Of a DNA stretch of 64,000 nucleotides, positions 50,936 to 64,000 are shown piece by piece. The position numbers were made by a program, and so were the translations under genes. This DNA comes from Chrysomallon squamiferum (lineage: Eukaryota; Animalia; Mollusca). The notes under the pieces were generated by a model. It searched no databases and was not told where the DNA came from. It worked only from the letters and a program-made list of their open reading frames with translations. Each line of letters opens with the position of its first letter. Within the stretch, counting starts at the first letter, position 1. The DNA is taken from NCBI GenBank assembly GCA_012295275.1, contig CM022673.1, forward strand, positions 25,420,001 to 25,484,000, in the 5' to 3' direction.

Positions 50936-53107
50936 AATAAATGTAATGTATTTATTAAGCTTAAGATATAGTAGATACATAGAGAAATGGTAATAATGGT
51001 ATATTTAGCTGAAACATTAGTATTAGTAAATACCATATCCTAGCAACAGAGTGAATTGGTAATATGGCTATAATGAGTTTCTATTACACGCTGTATAATA
51101 TGTCTGGTGTAATTAATGCTAAATTAATTTTCTCAAACAGACAATTAGCATGTTCTAATACACCACTTATTATTTAATACAACACATATCCACTGTTTAG
51201 TTCATAACAAAGAAAATTATGGGAAGTTTTTAAGAACGTCATTCATATTTCACAATTAATTTAGTTATGTACATGTGGGTTATAATGATTATGTAACTAT
51301 ATTAATGCATACTAATACTTTTATGTTCAGTTCATATATTTACCATAAAAAACTGATAAACTTGTTTAAAATTTTCTACTTTATAAAGATGTAGATTCAA
51401 AAAAGTATTTGTTATTTGTAAGTGATTTTATTATTTTCTTCAACAATAATTATAAAATTTTGTATTTTATAAACGTAAAGGAAAAAAAGTTAATACAAAT
51501 AGCAAAGAAATTAATTTGACTTGAGTGGTATTAAGTTTAATAATAATAATAAAAAATTTCAATATTTTAAATGACAGTTATCTTTATTTAATTATCTAAT
51601 TAAAAATGTTTAATGTGATGAACTGTATCTATCTTCTGTGCGTTATTCATTGTAACAGAAAGCAATTACGTTACATGGTTTAAATTTAATTAAAATTATG
51701 GATCTCATTTAATTACTTTAACTAATAACAATTCTAAAATTTTAAAATATTTTTATATCCTTAATAACTCTTCAACAAAAAATATTTTAAATAAAAATTA
51801 ATCGTCATAAATAATATAATAATGTAATTTAATCAATTTTAATTCATTTTTTTTTCTTTTCATATTTTTCATTCACAATTTTTTAAATAAGAAAAAACGT
51901 TACTTATTTAATTAAATTTTATACTTAACAATGTTTTCTTGATTCCTCAGTTAAGATTTCTGTTGATTCTTTGATTGTTTTATCTTAGAATATGACCCTC
52001 ACTTCCCTCCCAAAGGTCTTTACCCCATGTTCCCAAGCCCTATGCTGTATGGTAACTATATGCTATCATCATACACTGTTGATTTTCACAAGCTCTCTTT
52101 CAAAATATGATCAACCGAAGGGAAAAGTTTAATATAAAACCTTCCATGCAATAAAACTGCAAGTCATTACTGGAGTATTCATACCTCTCATAGAGCTGCC
52201 ATCCATATATAACCAGCTATATAAATATGTGCTATTGCTGAGATGAATAAAATATATTTAATTAATAAATCAGTAAAAACACGATGGATTCAGTGAATGC
52301 TGCTGTGAATTGTCATTATTATGTTCAATAAGCTTAATGAATAGTGAAATATATATTGGTATTAGACTGATCGGTATTAAACATTTTACAACGATTAATA
52401 GTATTTGTATATTTATATGGTCATTAATATATATATATATATATATTATTTTTTATAGTTGTGTTGTTGAGGAGGTGGGGTTTTTTTTTGGTTATGGTTT
52501 TACTATTTTCTAAATTAAGATATTTTTTTTTTTTGTGTTATTAGGTAAACAGCATGTCTTCTGTTGTATCATTTCAGTTAGGTTTTAATGAGTAAAATAT
52601 GTCCAAAAAAAGTATAATAATAATAGTAACAAAAAAACACCCCAAAAAAACCCCTAAAAATAAAACTAATGAAAATAATAATAATAATAATAAATAAAAT
52701 AAATATGATAAAAGTTTAAATTTAAAAAATATATAAATTAAATATTTGCATTGTTTAACTACATTATTTAAATGATCACACTAGTAAAGAGAGCATTGTA
52801 AGATAAACAGTCTAAAAAACTCACAGAAATTGATTCCATCATCACTGTAATGCTTGAATATTACATTATCTAACAAACCAAAGAACATGAATCTATAATG
52901 TATCAGTATGTGCTAATTACGTGTTTATTACTTATTGAAAATAAAATAATTTAGCCCTTATGTTAGAGCACAAATTATTTCTTTGTCTACCATGTAACTG
53001 AGTTTTTTTCATCAAGTATTAATTATTTTTCAAAGACATATTTATGAGATCTATCATTTTATATTCCTCTGTATATTAAATAACAGTATCATATATTTTA
53101 TCAATTT

Positions 53108-53166
<59 letters not shown>

Positions 53167-53734
53167 CATTGCATGAAATATGTGACTGATCTTGTGTAAT
53201 GTGGTGTGTTGGTGGGTGTGAAATGCTTGTATAGCAAAGCATTTTAGTTAAGAGGAAGAAAATATTAATTTCAGATTTAAAACAGGTCCCCACATGAGAA
53301 CAGTTGTAGCAGCATGCATGACGTGAACACACAGAGCTTGCATTCACAAGAGATTTCTGCTTTTAAATACTGAACACAGTGTGGTGTTTTATGAAGAGAG
53401 CAGAGTCACACTGGTGATAAGTTAATGGCCTGACTAATAGGGAGCCTGCAGTAATGTAAAGCAGTGGACTGCAAATTAAAACATCTGGAAATGCTCATCT
53501 GTCAGAATGGGCCAAACACACTGAGTATTTCTTCTGAACAAGCCAATTATTTGACAATTTTCTATGTAAATATTGAGGGTGAACTCCCAGAGGAATGCCA
53601 AAACACACAACTGTTTGGTTGGAAACTTTATAATGAAGCTGAAGATGATTACTAATAATGGGTAAAATAACCCTGGCTCTGTGACCACTGGGGGATTCAG
53701 TGACTGACTGAATGTGTGTCTCGTTTCAATATGT

Positions 53735-54012
53735 TGGTTCAGAAACGTTTAAGTACAATTTAAAGCAATGAGGGTAGTTGTACAGTGTTTTATTTCAAAT
53801 ATAATTACATTAACTTTAATACTGTGTTTTATATTGTATTAAATATGTTAGTTTAGAAATATCAAAGTACAATTTAAAGCAATGAGGGTAGTTGTACAGT
53901 GTTTTATTTCAGATATAATTATATTAACGTTAATACTGTGTTTTGTATTGTATTAAATATGTTAGTTTAGAAACGTTTAAGTACAGTTTAAAACAATGAG
54001 GCTAGTTGTATT
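53735..54012. repeat. 114-bp tandem repeat, ~2.4 copies
   Basis: gtacaatttaaagcaatgagggtagttgta (or a variant) at 53753, 53867 and 53981. Confidence 0.9.
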
Positions 54013-54839
54013 TTACTTCAAACTTTAGTACAATGTTTTATTATATTACTTTAATACTCTGCTCTATTAAATAATATAATTATGTCTATTATACTACTAA
54101 TAAAAGATAATTATCAGACTTTGAATGATTGAATTTAACTGTTTAGTATATTAGAATTTATTTCATGAATTAACAACATCCAAATATTTGTAAATTCAGC
54201 AGATGAGCATGTATAAATATAAATATATAAATATAAAAAAAATGTAAAAAAATCAAAATAACAAATTATCTTTATCTCAAGACATAAGTAAAATAACATC
54301 TTTGAGAAGTTGAAAGACTTTCTAACCAAAAGAGAAAGCCGAACACCAGCTCAGTTTGTGTTTATCTGTGATCAGGGAACATTATAAAAAGTGAATGTTT
54401 TAGCACAAGTCAGAAATAGCACTAATCACTTCATCATTGTTTTCTTAGACTGCATGTTCGTCCTGAACACATTTTCTTTCTTTCTTTTCTTTTTATTTTT
54501 TAAATTTTATTTCTTAAGAACGAAATAATAAAAATAAATAAATTCAAATACAAGTAAATAAATAAATCCACCACAACTTAGTTGTAACATATGACACAAT
54601 CTTATAACAATTCTTTTTTCTTTTCTTGACTTTTACAAATCTCATTTAAATATTAAAAATTATTTTCAGCTTATTTTTAATTTTTCGTATTTTTCGCTGT
54701 ACTGATAATAAAAAAAAAAAAAAATTAAAAATAAAAATAAAATTAAAATAACTGAAATCAAAAACACACATACACATACAAAAAAAAAAAAAAAAAAATG
54801 AGTCAGAAAGTGATCACTTTACCAAAACAACTTCGAGAC

Positions 54840-55280
54840 AAAAATGCCACCATTTTAAAATAAGTGCCGGTTCTATAAATAGAAAGTGGAATTCAAGCGC
54901 CATATGTCGCGCCCGCCCGTTGACTTATTACTTACCTCGGCTGCTGAGACGTGTTTCCAGTGCCGTGGTCACAGACAGACGTACGTAAACACACGGGCAG
55001 TGTGATGTAGGTAGTTACACATACCAACGAGTGATACTGAGGCTCGTTTTGCTTTTAATGCGTGTTGGTTTGGCTGGCGTTTCTCCCTCGCTCGGAGTGG
55101 AAACATAAACACTGCGGCTGAGAGCTAAGTGTTTGGATAAAGCCATTAACAGTGAAGTTTTCACTGGTGATCTGATTCTAACAACTTGCCTCGCTCGCTA
55201 TAGAGCTCGGCTCTCGTTACCTGAATTCTGAGCCCACGTTAACACCGCCGGAATAAAACTGAACTGGTTACGTTTCTTCT
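54840..55280 (-). promoter_or_regulatory. CpG-rich island with probable non-coding first exon and promoter of the LMO gene
   Basis: Sharp GC/CpG enrichment in AT-rich DNA. Perfect minus-strand donor CCGAG|GTAAGT (exon end 54936), oriented toward the LMO acceptor at 44766. MEF2-consensus CTATAAATAG at 54873-54882. Confidence 0.6.
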
Positions 55281-58046
55281 TGTCGTAAATTAAATTAAAA
55301 TCTTTGTGAGTGGCATAACCACTGTATGTATTTTTCTACGCCGTATAAAATAGTTACATGCAGTGTAGATAATAATAGTTATTAAAAAAAAAAAAAAAAT
55401 TAATCTGAAATGTTAATGTCTGGTTTTTTAAAGTTTTGTTCGTGCTTAGGTTAAAATGAAATGTGGTCAGAAGTTCCATTTCAGTTTGAAACGATGTGAT
55501 TTTATTCTCTTGTCTTTCTGCATTCTTTTCATTATTAATTTTATTTTATATTTATATTTATATTACTTGATACCTTTTTGTAAATATATCCCTGTGAAAA
55601 ATTCTCTGTGATATGACTGGATATTACAGAACAAGATAAATACAGTGAGACTATTTTTAAAATATTTTGTGACTGCACCTAGTCATGTATTACAGAACTG
55701 TCATGACACCTTTTGTTTTTAATTTTCAAAATATATATATATAAAAAAAAATATATATATATATAAAAATTTGAAATAAACACAAACTAAAAATATATAA
55801 AAAAAAAAAAAAAAGAAAATAAATAAACAATACTTTAAAACTGATAAAATATCAGCAGCTTTATTGCATGCTTATACAAAAAATAAAAAAACATTTAAAA
55901 ATTAAATTTAAAAGATAAATAAATAAACACACATATAAAAAGAAAATAAAATAAATTTTCAGCACATATCTCGTTTTAGAGAAAAGGAAAAAAAGAGGAT
56001 GATAAAAAAAATGTTTACCTAAGAAATGTAAACATTTTATGATAAGACAGGTATATAATATCCTACAAAAAATAAACAGAACCGTAAAAAAAGTATATAT
56101 ATTTACTAAGTGGATCCATCAATTAGCCTGACAGCTATTTACTGTCAGTAAAACATTGTTACAGTATGTAAAACATTGTTTCAGTATGTACAACAAAGTC
56201 ACAGTGTCAGTTGTTACATTGTTAAACACTGTTAACAGTTTTTAACCCAGTAAAACAAACACTGTACAGTAGTAACATCAACTTGTAAATAGAATTCCAC
56301 GTTTAACTAAATCAGTTTAACTAATAAACAGTTTTAAAATATTTATAACTAAAATTAATAAAAAAAAAAAAAAAATATATAACTGTTCAGTTTGGTTTGT
56401 TAAAACTTTCTTAACAGTACAAGTCATAAACAAAATTAATATTATTAATAAATTATAAATCAGGATTGTTGAAGTACTGACTAATTTCAAATAAAATTGA
56501 CAATGAATACTGTTTCCCATATGATAGATGATGATTCAGTCCTGCTTCAAAAATAAATAAGTAATTAGATATAGAAGCGAAAATGTACATATTTACACAC
56601 ATTTAAATCTACGAATACTCACAGGCTATCTTGAGCTGATAGAAATAACAAGTTTAATTCATCACTCTGCAGACATGATTCAAATATCCAAAATGCAATT
56701 AACAGGCTGCACTGAAGACTAGAACAGTACACTCACTGCTTTGTGTAAAAACAGTCTGTGAGATTCGCTAATGAACACGTCGAGTCTCGTGTTGAATAAA
56801 ACGCTCATTATTTTCCTGTATGAAAACGCACAGTGTGGAAATCGAGTCACTTACAATGGAGAGCAAATGTTACACGTCCAGACTCTCTGCCTGCTTGTTG
56901 CTGTGAGTGTGTAACCCTGTACTAATTACAATGTGAGAGAGAAGCTCTATGATGGATCTAATCACCAGCCTAACTGATACAAACTACTCCTTCTACTCTC
57001 TCTCTCTCTCTAAGTGACTGGCATCAATTAACGTAAATGAATCTTTTGTTTTGCTGATCAATACCCCTGTCTCTCTCTCTCTCTGTCTCTGTCTCTCTCT
57101 TTCTCTCTCTCAAGGTGCAAAACATAAGGCTGAAAATTTTTCGGGCTTAAAAGCCTTTAATGATGCTGAATGTCAATAGGTCCTAACTGCTTTTCTGTGT
57201 TCGGTAACGTCGACTAAGAGTAAAAGCCTGTCCATGCCATATTTGTTTCCTTGTGGTAAGTGGCGACACAGTCTCTTTGCAAGCAAACACGGGCCTGTGT
57301 TCTTTACATAGGAAATTACTGCACCACTTGACTGCTTGATTTAAGTTACTTCTTTCCAACGGGGGCAAGCCCGTCTCACAAAGCTCGACAGTGTTTAATT
57401 GAAGGTTCTTGTGAATTCGCAGTAAACTACTTCGCTCATTCTCTTCCTCCTCAGATTAATGGACGTTTTAAACAGTACAGGATTCCGCCATTTCCAACAA
57501 CAAGACAATACAAACTCGAGCACCAGCGTACACTTTTAAACAAGTTGAATTCAACATTTTCCAATTTCCTTGAAGAAGAAAAAAAAAAAAAAAAAAAACC
57601 CACCCTGCGTTAACTTCATTTTCATCCATTTTTATGAAAAGCGACAGGCTGTATGCCGCGAGTGAGTTGGAGAGCCCTTACCGATGTTAGCTGACGTGGA
57701 ACTGGCATTACTGGAACAAGTGTGTTAACGCAAGAAGCATGTTTCGCTGAAATATCAGATTGACTGCTAATTAAGCAGCAGACGATTGTGACCAACAATC
57801 CATAACACAAGATGCGACGACCCCATTAACTGCGTGTAAGGTCTGCGTAAAACCCGTAATGTCACTTTACCTGTGCCAGCATGTTTTTCATCCAATCTCT
57901 TAATTAACTACAGCTAGATTCTTTTTTTTTTTTTTTTTTTTTTTGTTTGATCGTTCTTCGCTAAAAGCTAAAAGGAAAGCAGTGTTTCTCATAAGATGTA
58001 TGCCCAGTGACAGTCAGCTGGATATTTGAAACTTTTCATTAAACAT

Positions 58047-58112
<66 letters not shown>

Positions 58113-60169
58113 GTGTTATTATTAGTGAAAGCCTCCAAGCAATGCTTAATGAAAGTAATGTTACAATGATAGGTTGTCTTAGACAGGGTCTCTATATATA
58201 GATTTTAATTCCTTGTAGATTTATGTACACGCATTCTCTCTGTATAAATAAACATCTTTACAGACTGCACGTTTATTTTTTTTTTTTCTCTACAGATTTA
58301 AGTCTAGGTTTATACATTTTCTTTCTATGTTTTTTTATATATATATATTTAACTCTTTATAACACTTGAGATCAATGTATTTTCTTTCAGTAATGTAAAT
58401 ATTTATGTATTTTCTCTCTATAGAGATTTAACTTTTTATAATGTTACACATACAATATACATGTTGCTTTGTCTGGCTCTTTCATTTTAAATTCTAACCA
58501 AAATTCTATGTGCAGGTTGTCAAAAATGTTGGTGTGTGCTTTTGTACGTGCTTTCCAGTTCATAATAAATAAATAAATAAATAAATATCACTTATTACTA
58601 ACCAGAAAGAAAAACAACAGAGGATTTTTATTTATCATTTCCCCATCATATAAAATACTTGTTTGATATCAGAATGACATTTAAAATGAAAATATGATGA
58701 GGAGAATTTAGACAAATAATTAACTCAGTCTGAATGTTTGATGAGCTGTGACTACAAACCTATACACACCTGCCTTTCTCTTTTATTTTAAATTAACATA
58801 AGTTTTAAAATTTTATAACAGAAATGTAATGACATCATTAAAATTAAAATGTGCTGAGGGGTGTAGTTATTCATTCACGCCTCTCCATTTCGTTCTGTTT
58901 TCAGCATGTCTACCTGCCTACACATCCCTCCCTTTTTCTTTTATTTTAAATTAATGTAACGAGTTAATTTTCTATAATGAGTAATAAATAAGACAGGGAC
59001 ACCTAAAGAACAGTTATTTCTTGCTTGAACCACCCATTAAATGGTTACATCTGTTCCCAAGCAAAGTTAATCTGTCAATGAAGCTAAATTAATTATACGA
59101 GCAATAATTTTTATATTTTTTATTATATATTTTATTTTTTTTGAAATATTAACTGATGCATTCAAACCTTTGTAAAATTTAATTATCTGTCGACATCACA
59201 GTGACATTAAAACAAAGCTCAGAAGAGCCTTTACAGGTTATTTTGCTGCAGTATGTACTTTAACAGACGAAGGTACTCAGCCAGCACACCAGACTCAGGT
59301 ATCTCTAATATTAATTAATTAGGTAATCAGAGAAACAGATAAAACATTGATGATATACACATGAAATATGAGTGGATCTATTCTGTCTTAATTCATATCT
59401 ATACTGTGTGTGTGTGTGTGTGTGTTCTTTATTTGCTTGAAATAATTTATTGTACATTCCTTATTTGTTCTGCCAACCAAAGTAGTGTGTATTTTCTTTA
59501 AAGTGAAATTTATGTCATTTTATTTAAATATCATATACACAGTAACAACAAACCAAGTTATACTGCTCACAAAAAGATGACTTTTTTCTTAAGCCTTTGT
59601 AGACATGGCCTATATGTATTACTGAAAATAATTTATTAGTAAGTCTAAAACCTGCAAACTAATAACTATCAGCATAGTATTTAAAAAGAAAAATGAATTT
59701 AAAATACAGTTTATATTAAAAATATTATGAAATATGACTTATTTACCTGGAATGTGCACAAATGAATTTAAAACTTGTGCTTATATATAACAAAACATTA
59801 GCAGAAAATAAATTTAAAAAAAACAAAACAACAAAAAAAAAAAACTAATATGAATAAAATCAGATAATTTAAATGTAAAATATAAGAACAGGTAATGAGA
59901 TATCTATGAACCTGTGAGATGAATTTTTATTGTAATTTATAATATTAGTAACGTGTGTGTATTTTATTTAGAGTGATGTAGTACAAATATCTTAAAGCAT
60001 ATTATATTTATAATATATTTCTATATCCAAATGATCTGTAGTACGATAACATAAAAAAAATGTGTCTTTGTGGTGTATTGTGTGTGTGTGTGTGTTTATT
60101 TATTGTGATGGTTATTATTAACTGATTTAAACATTATTTTATACAGTGTCACTTAATAGTGAATACTTG

Positions 60170-60777
60170 CCAATAATATCTGAAATTTAACTTATATCTA
60201 TCTAACTACTAGTGTTATAAATAATATAAAATTAAACTATTTCAGCATCTACAGATATTTAATACACATCATGTTCTTATCAGTAATAATAACTTTACAA
60301 TAGAAATATACCCCTACTTGTCAGCCTCTTTTATTAAAATATACCTAAATGCTAAAATGATTACACATCAATATTTAATGAAGTTGCTACCACTGATAAA
60401 TACTTGAAGATTGTAAAATACCAAATCTACCTATTGATGAGATGAAATTGTTGCTCACATTAAAACTAATCTAAAATATTTAATACTGGGAATAAGGTGA
60501 TACAAAATGCCAACAATGGTATCTGTTGGCAGACTGTGGAATCTAACATCAGCTTTTTAGAATCAGAAAGTCACTGATGTTAAAACAGTCTAAGTATTAC
60601 GATTTTTAAACAGTTGCATATCATTTAATACAGAGTATTAGATGATACCATGTGCTTTATCAGTGATATCTACTGGAATATTATTTCTGTCTACTGGTAC
60701 TAGATGGTTTTCATTTTGAAAATAATTTAATAATATTAACCTTTTTAAACATCTTCATATCTTTTAATATAAAATAT

Positions 60778-60821
<44 letters not shown>

Positions 60822-62130
60822 TGTGTGTGTGATACTGAGTGTACAATGATGCTACAGGAAGATGTAGCATACTAGTATCAGAGGACCTCTCATATTAAAA
60901 ACATTCAAAAATAATTAAACTTAAAATTCATTTAATAGACACTACTAGTTAACAATAACTAGTTGTCAATGAAACCTACTGGAATAAGTATTACTACCTA
61001 CTAGCAGCAATGTACAGCATTTTCATAACAATGACTCATCAAGAGATTGTAAACACTCTTAACTGTTGAAATCAAACTTGCACCTACCAATGTGAAATGG
61101 CTGTTTATATCAAAAATACAAAAAACTAAAGTTTATAATGTTAACTGTTTAAACGTTATTTAATACTATTTGACAGACAATACTTACCAGTAATATATAT
61201 TCTGGAAGATTTTGAAATCTAACTGTTACCTACTAGAATAAACTGGTTTCTCATATTTAAAAAAAAAAAAAAAAAAAAATTAATTTCAAATGTTTACCAT
61301 TATTTAATAGAGAGTACAAGTTTATTGTGATTACCTACCAGTTTATATATACTGGAAGACTGTGGAAATCTAACCTGCATCTCTACCAGTGTTAAACCAA
61401 TTTGTATCAAAAACAATCTAAAAATGTTAAATTTGTAAACAAGTACTTATCTACTAGGAAGTCAAATTCACACATACCTGTGTGAAACAGTCTTTCATAT
61501 CAAACCTCCAACCCCTCGAAAAAGTAAAAATCCTTTATACATTATTTAACAGAAAGTACCAATAGATTATAAATTCTTTCTAATTATATCTACTGAAAGA
61601 CTATCACTCTCCACTAACATATTAAACTTTTAAACATGATTTAATACAAAGACCTAGTTGATTGTAAGTGCTTACTAGTGATATCTACTGAAAGACTGAA
61701 GAATATAACCTGTATCTACCAGTGTTTTTATATATCAATTTCAAATAAAACATTAGACATTTAAACATGATTTAACAAAGAATAGTAGTTGACAGTGAGT
61801 ACTTACCAATGATATCTACTGAAAGACTGGAGAATATAACCTGTATCTACCAGTGTTTTACTTATCTCAGATAAAATGTTAAACATTTAAACATGATTTA
61901 ACAGATAATATGTTAAACATCTGAACATGATTTAACAGAGAGCACTACTTATCAATGACATTTACTGAAAGCCTGAAGAATATAACCTGTATCTACCAGT
62001 GTTTTACTATCTCAGTTAAAATGTTAAACATTTAAACATGATTTAATAATGAATAGTAGTTGACAGTGAGTGAGTACTTACTTACCAGTGATATCTGCTG
62101 AAAGCCTGAAGAATACGACCTGTATCTACC
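60170..62130. repeat. Old ~130-145-bp tandem array with a divergence gradient
   Basis: gatatctactgaaagactg(a/g)agaatataacctgtatctaccag (or close variants) at ~61680, 61811, 61958 and 62090. Progressively decayed versions at ~60394, 60519, 60665, 61193 and 61345. Confidence 0.8.
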
Positions 62131-64000
62131 AGCATGTAGTAAGTACAGTGAGTCTACAGCTGACAGAAGTTGTGCTCTGCTGTGCCAACTCCACTCAGTA
62201 ATTTAATATTTCTGACTGAAATCTAATGTAGCTATGAAAGAGCCAATACATTATCACAATTTTAATATTTAAGCATGTCACAGGCAGCATTCTCAGAGAG
62301 CAGCCTAATGGATGTTTAATAGCATTGTAAATGCTTTCATAGATTTTAGACCACCCCCCCAAACAAAAAAAAATATATAAAAAAAAAATAAAAACTTTAA
62401 AAAGAATAGTTTGTTAATGACCTTTCTGTGACTAATAATGTCAGTATTGTCAGTAATTACATCACACACTTTGTTGTAATGGGGTTTTTACCTGAATCTC
62501 GCAGATTAGCAACAAATGAAATTTCTGATACTTGTTTGTATATACAAGGGCTAAAATAACAAATAAGCTGAAACGTCAACTAATGAACTGTGAAAAAAAG
62601 CTGTCTTTTTTTTCTCTTCTATCTATATACTGGTTAAGATTTGTAGTCAGATATAACTAATAATGTAAATACAAATCTGCTGTTTTCATTAATATTTATA
62701 ACGAGATCTGAATCTGTCAAATTGACACTTAGAGAGAAAAAAGAAAAGAAATAAAAGAAAAAGAATTAAATAATCTATTTTCATTGATTCTTCAAATAAT
62801 AACAAAGGTATGGCCTAACTAATACACTATTTCACTTTTGTTCCATATAAAATGTAATAATAGAAATTTTAAATGTAGTAAATTAGTACAATCAGGCAAT
62901 AAAGACTCTGATACTGATACAACTTACATACACAGAAAACCCTACACCATGCTAATTAACCCTTTAGGGCTCATGGTGGGTCCAATACATCCAAGCACAT
63001 TTTTTATTTAAATTTCTCATTGAAAGAATTGTGTTTCCTATACCTTAATAATAATAAATGTTCTATGATGCCACTTATATTTTTATTTCCGAACCAATAA
63101 TCCATATAAATAAAAAAAAGTAAAAAAATAGATAGTTCAAACACACACACACACACTCTCTCTCTCTCATGTTTTATATATATATATATAAAATATGTAT
63201 ATGACATGAGTGTATGTATGCTAAAATATCAGATAACCTATTACTTGTCAAATATAAATATATTACCTTGTTGCACAAAATAAAACACTATGATTATGCA
63301 ACAGTTGAGTGGAGTATTAAATAAAAGAATGATATTGTATATAATAAAATAGTGAGATTATTCAACACCTTGGTTCTACATCAAGTTACTGGGTACTCTA
63401 CTGATGCTCTTTATGCATGCTTCATATGCTACAGACAGGTATATTTGTTTTACAAACTGTAAAAATAACATTATTTTTCATAGGCACTTTGAAATACAGC
63501 AGACTATTAGAATCTAGTAAACTCAGTGCAGATGTTAAAGGTTTTGATAAGGTAAAAAAAAAGTAAAAAATAATAAAATTGAGCTTGTTTATAGATGAAA
63601 CACATAAAATACACTTTTATTGGCTATACTGATTATATACATTGCTATCTGAAATTCCATGTATTCATTGTTTGTTATATAAACTACATAAAGAAACCCA
63701 AAACTTTATGAATAATGATCTTCATGTAAAAATCATTATGGTTTCTCAGTATTGTCCAAGTAGAATAGTTTTGAAAATCCAAGAATAAAATTAGTTTGTT
63801 TCTCAACTATTAGTGTTATTTGAACTCTTTTCCTTTATTTTCTTTATTTTTTGTTGTTGAAAATTTAAGATGATAAATTTCAAGATGAAGGATTCAGTAT
63901 GCATTTTGACATGTTCAGTGTGTTTAAAATATTAAAACTGGCTATTAATTATACATATGAATTAATAAGCATCGTTCTTTATTTAAGTTTCTATATTTAC

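Noticed and set aside
50091-50980. Ser/Thr/Val/Leu-rich ORFs
   Set aside because: Translations of a trinucleotide low-complexity tract, with no splice context.
52819-52845. Candidate upstream coding exon for LMO (ATG ATG GAA TCA ATT TCT|GTGAGT on -)
   Set aside because: Phase 0 donor, whereas the acceptor at 44766 needs phase 1. A second candidate ending near 47732 is phase 2.

Overview
Very AT-rich, microsatellite-rich, intron-containing eukaryotic DNA from an invertebrate animal. A mollusc or other lophotrochozoan is plausible but not provable from sequence alone. Four spliced protein-coding genes were rebuilt by hand from GT-AG junctions with consistent phases: (1) the 3' part of FANCE (+, 370-4380); (2) a small, unrecognised secreted gene (+, 8983-14036) with a signal peptide, two pacifastin-like/half-VWC Cys modules, a degenerate LDLa-like module and a GPI-type tail, carrying an apparent 1-nt deletion in exon 2 and a dead Tc1 (DD34E) transposon in its last intron; (3) a SENP1/2-type SUMO protease (+, 16104-23655, His-Asp-Cys triad intact); (4) an LMO1/3 (Beadex-like) LIM-only gene (-, 41135-44761) in a large non-coding landscape with a probable 5' exon and CpG-rich promoter near 55 kb. 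The striking structural theme is local duplication of gene ends and splice sites: the FANCE last exon twice, a SENP exon-1 ghost 10.7 kb upstream, SENP last-exon ghosts, and an LMO donor-site copy. There are several minisatellites, including a palindromic 44-bp array in the likely LMO 3' UTR. Almost all short ORFs in the supplied track are low-complexity noise. No rRNA, tRNA or CRISPR was found.
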